From Acidimicrobiales bacterium (lineage in GTDB: Bacteria; Actinomycetota; Acidimicrobiia; Acidimicrobiales; RAAP-2): a stretch of 64,000 nt of DNA. Every line of letters begins with the position of its first letter. Within the stretch, counting starts at the first letter, position 1. The stretch covers positions 11,820-75,819 of the forward strand of contig JBEKCS010000008.1 in the NCBI GenBank assembly GCA_050014755.1. Direction: 5' to 3'. The translations under genes and the position numbers were made by a program. Below the pieces are notes generated by a model. The model was not told the origin of the DNA. It saw only the letters and a program-made list of their open reading frames with translations, and searched no databases. This document shows positions 61,937 to 64,000 of this stretch, piece by piece.

Positions 61937-63664
61937 ATGACCAGCCCCGACCTCGACCGACCCGGACCGGGCGGCACCATCGCGGACAAGGTCTGCTCAC
62001 TCGACGACGCCGTCGGACACGTCCGGGCGGGCGACGCCGTCCACGTCGTCACCAACCACACCCGGTGGACGGCCGCGGCCCGGCACCTGGTCCGGCACTG
62101 GTGGGGACAGGAGCCCGGCTTCACCCTGGTGATGCTCAGCCTCTCCAGCCTCGGGGCGCTGTTCTTCCGTGGTGGCCTCGTCGACAAGGTGGTCACCGGT
62201 TACTCGGGGGACGTCTTCCCCTCCTTCTCCCCAAATCCGCGGGTCGCGGAGGCGTACCTGCGGGGGGAGGTGGAGGTCGAGCATTGGTCGTTCCTGACCT
62301 TCCTGCAACGGCTCGAGGCCGCAGCCCGAGGACTGCCCGCCGTCGCCACCGGATCGCTGGCCGGGTCGTCGATGGCCGACAACCCGGGCTACGCCCAGGT
62401 GGACACCCCCTTCGGCCGGGTGGGCCTGGTCGAGGCCTATGCCCCCGACATCACCCTCCTCCACGCCCCTCTGGCCGACCGCCAGGGCAACCTCGCGTTC
62501 CAGGCTCCCGGACTCGAGGGCGTCTGGGGGGCGCTCGCCGCCAAGCGGGGCGTCGTCGCCACCGCCGACCGGGTGGTCGACGACATCCGACCGTGGTCGC
62601 ACCTGGTCCAGGTGCCCGCCCACCGGGTCCTGGCCGTCGCCGAGACGCCGATGGGGGCCCATCCGGGGGGACTGTTCTCCCGCGATCTCCCCGTCGACCC
62701 CTACGGCGAGGACCTCGAGTTCTGGTCCGAGGCCCGCGCGGCCAGCCACGGTGAGGAGTTCGACCGGTGGATCGAGGAGTGGGTGCTCGGGCCCGCCACC
62801 CAGCAGGAGTACCTGGCCCGCCTGGGCGACCGCCGGATAGCCGGCCTGCGGCGTCGGGCCGAGCCCGACTCGTGGCGCGACGACGAGGCGGCCCATCCGC
62901 CCGACCTCGGGGCCGCCCCCGTCTCGTGGGAGATCGCCGCCGTCCACGGCGCCCGGTACCTGGCCGACCGGGTGATGGATCGTGACGCCGACGCCGTACT
63001 GGCCGGTGCCGGGGTCGCCAACCTGGCCGCCTGGCTGGCCGTCGAACTGGCCCACGACCGGGGTTCGCCGGTCGTGCTCGCGGCCGAGCTGGGCCTGTGG
63101 GGCTACCGACCCACGCCGGCCGACCCGTTCATCTTCAACCACCGCAGCTTTCCTTCGGCCACCATGCTGGGCGATGCCGAGCAGGTCCTCGGTGCCCTGG
63201 TCTGCGGACCCGGCACCACGCTGCTGGCCTGCCTCGGCGCGGCCCAGATCGACCGGCACGGCAACATCAACTCGACGGTGATCGGCGACTCGGTGTTCCT
63301 CGTCGGCTCCGGCGGCGGCAACGACGTGGCCACGACGGCCGACGAGGTCGTCGTCATGTCGACGCTCACCCGACGGCGGGCCGTGGCCGACGTGCCCTAT
63401 GTCACCTCGCCGGGGGTGCGGGTGCGGGCGTTCGTGACCGACCTCGCCCTCTTCGAGCGCGACGGCGACGGCGAGCTCGCCCTCACCGCGGTGGCGCCCG
63501 GCCCCGGGTCGGTCGCCGAACGGATCGCCCACGTGCGGGGCCTCTGCCCGTGGGATCTCCACGTCGCCGACGACGTGGCCGAACTGGACCCGCCCGACCC
63601 GGCCCACATCGAACGACTGCGCCGGTGGGATCCGGAGGGACGGTTTCTCCGGCCCGGTGCCTGA
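61937..63664 (+). CDS. Fused class I CoA-transferase-like protein (subunit A-like + subunit B-like halves in one polypeptide)
   Basis: The N half resembles glutaconate/3-oxoacid CoA-transferase subunit A. The C half carries AAELGLWGY in the position of the SENG-type Glu motif, and LVGSGGGNDV (GxGGxxD). ATG 61937 is preferred over TTG 61928. Confidence 0.7.
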   Translation: MTSPDLDRPGPGGTIADKVCSLDDAVGHVRAGDAVHVVTNHTRWTAAARHLVRHWWGQEPGFTLVMLSLSSLGALFFRGGLVDKVVTGYSGDVFPSFSPNPRVAEAYLRGEVEVEHWSFLTFLQRLEAAARGLPAVATGSLAGSSMADNPGYAQVDTPFGRVGLVEAYAPDITLLHAPLADRQGNLAFQAPGLEGVWGALAAKRGVVATADRVVDDIRPWSHLVQVPAHRVLAVAETPMGAHPGGLFSRDLPVDPYGEDLEFWSEARAASHGEEFDRWIEEWVLGPATQQEYLARLGDRRIAGLRRRAEPDSWRDDEAAHPPDLGAAPVSWEIAAVHGARYLADRVMDRDADAVLAGAGVANLAAWLAVELAHDRGSPVVLAAELGLWGYRPTPADPFIFNHRSFPSATMLGDAEQVLGALVCGPGTTLLACLGAAQIDRHGNINSTVIGDSVFLVGSGGGNDVATTADEVVVMSTLTRRRAVADVPYVTSPGVRVRAFVTDLALFERDGDGELALTAVAPGPGSVAERIAHVRGLCPWDLHVADDVAELDPPDPAHIERLRRWDPEGRFLRPGA

Positions 63665-63678
63665 GGACAGGCTCGCGA

Positions 63679-64000
63679 CTATCCGCCCAGCGGGTCCATC
63701 CAGCCGGGCGACACCGTCGTGCGGCCGGCCACGGCCGAGGAGCCGATGAAGTTGCGCTGGGCCTCCACGGTCCCGGCCCCGAAACACAGTCCCCGGATGT
63801 CCCGGTAGGCCCGCTCCACCGGGTACTCGTGGCTGTAGCCGTAGCCGCCGTGGATCTGCATGGCTTCGTCGCAGACCAGCTTGGCGGCGAGGTTGGCCGC
63901 CGTCTTGGCCAGCGCCGTCTCCAGCGGAGGCGGGGTGCCCCCGGGGCCGGCCAGGTGGACCGCCCGGGTGAGCAGCAGCCGGGCGCCCTCCAGCTGGACG
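63679..64000 (-). CDS. Acyl-CoA dehydrogenase, C-terminal part (gene continues beyond the window end)
   Basis: ...LVCDEAMQIHGGYGYSHEYPVERAYRDIRGLCFGAGTVEAQRNFIG. The reading frame stays open up to 64000. Confidence 0.85.
   Translation of the reverse strand, partial: VQLEGARLLLTRAVHLAGPGGTPPPLETALAKTAANLAAKLVCDEAMQIHGGYGYSHEYPVERAYRDIRGLCFGAGTVEAQRNFIGSSAVAGRTTVSPGWMDPLGG

Noticed and set aside
1-64000. Prophage, transposon or integrative element.
   Set aside because: No integrase, transposase, recombinase, phage structural gene or terminal inverted repeat was recognised on either strand.

Overview
High-GC, densely coding chromosomal window of actinobacterial type: about 60 genes, many GTG starts, GTGA/ATGA-coupled genes and leaderless-looking promoters. 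I found no rRNA or intact tRNA gene, no CRISPR array, and no transposase or integrase. (1) A Liv-type ABC uptake operon lies at 59-5111 on the minus strand, with its two permeases fused into one gene. (2) Most of the window is a very large set of CoA-thioester and oxidative catabolism genes. It holds 3 acyl-CoA synthetases, 5 crotonase-fold proteins, and acyl-CoA dehydrogenases in fused (14111-16351), split-divergent (54604-56974) and ordinary (63679-) forms. It also holds 3 canonical family III CoA-transferases plus one that looks circularly permuted, and a fused class I CoA-transferase. Further members are 2 cytochrome P450s, an orphan 3Fe-4S-type ferredoxin, 2 luciferase-like oxidoreductases, 3 paralogous amidohydrolases, cupins, VOC proteins, an RraA-like aldolase, a RidA protein, an SDR and a Gfo/Idh/MocA oxidoreductase. 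A Cys-type arylsulfatase, a copper amine oxidase, an amidase, a D-aminoacylase and a DSD1-like PLP enzyme are interspersed. (3) Two stretches look more A/T-rich by eye. The first (about 36.1-40.7 kb) carries an orphan beta-helix protein, a SnoaL-like protein, an LLM oxidoreductase, an ABM-like protein and an HTH + Clp-N two-gene module. The second (about 47.6-52.7 kb) carries REC-EAL, a PAS/coiled-coil hybrid histidine kinase, DUF1918 and a glycosyltransferase-like/methyltransferase fusion. No canonical defence or mobile system is recognisable. The best candidates for undescribed biology are listed here. They are the 63-bp (three-heptad) repeat expansion in the kinase linker and its surrounding signalling block, and a membrane-anchored beta-helix/G1-peptidase-like protein. 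The others are the apparently permuted CoA-transferase/crotonase divergent pair, a perfect 15-bp x5 in-frame tandem repeat between two divergent genes, and the HTH/Clp-N module with its repeat-flanked leaderless promoter. All family calls come from motif recognition by eye, and no database search was run.
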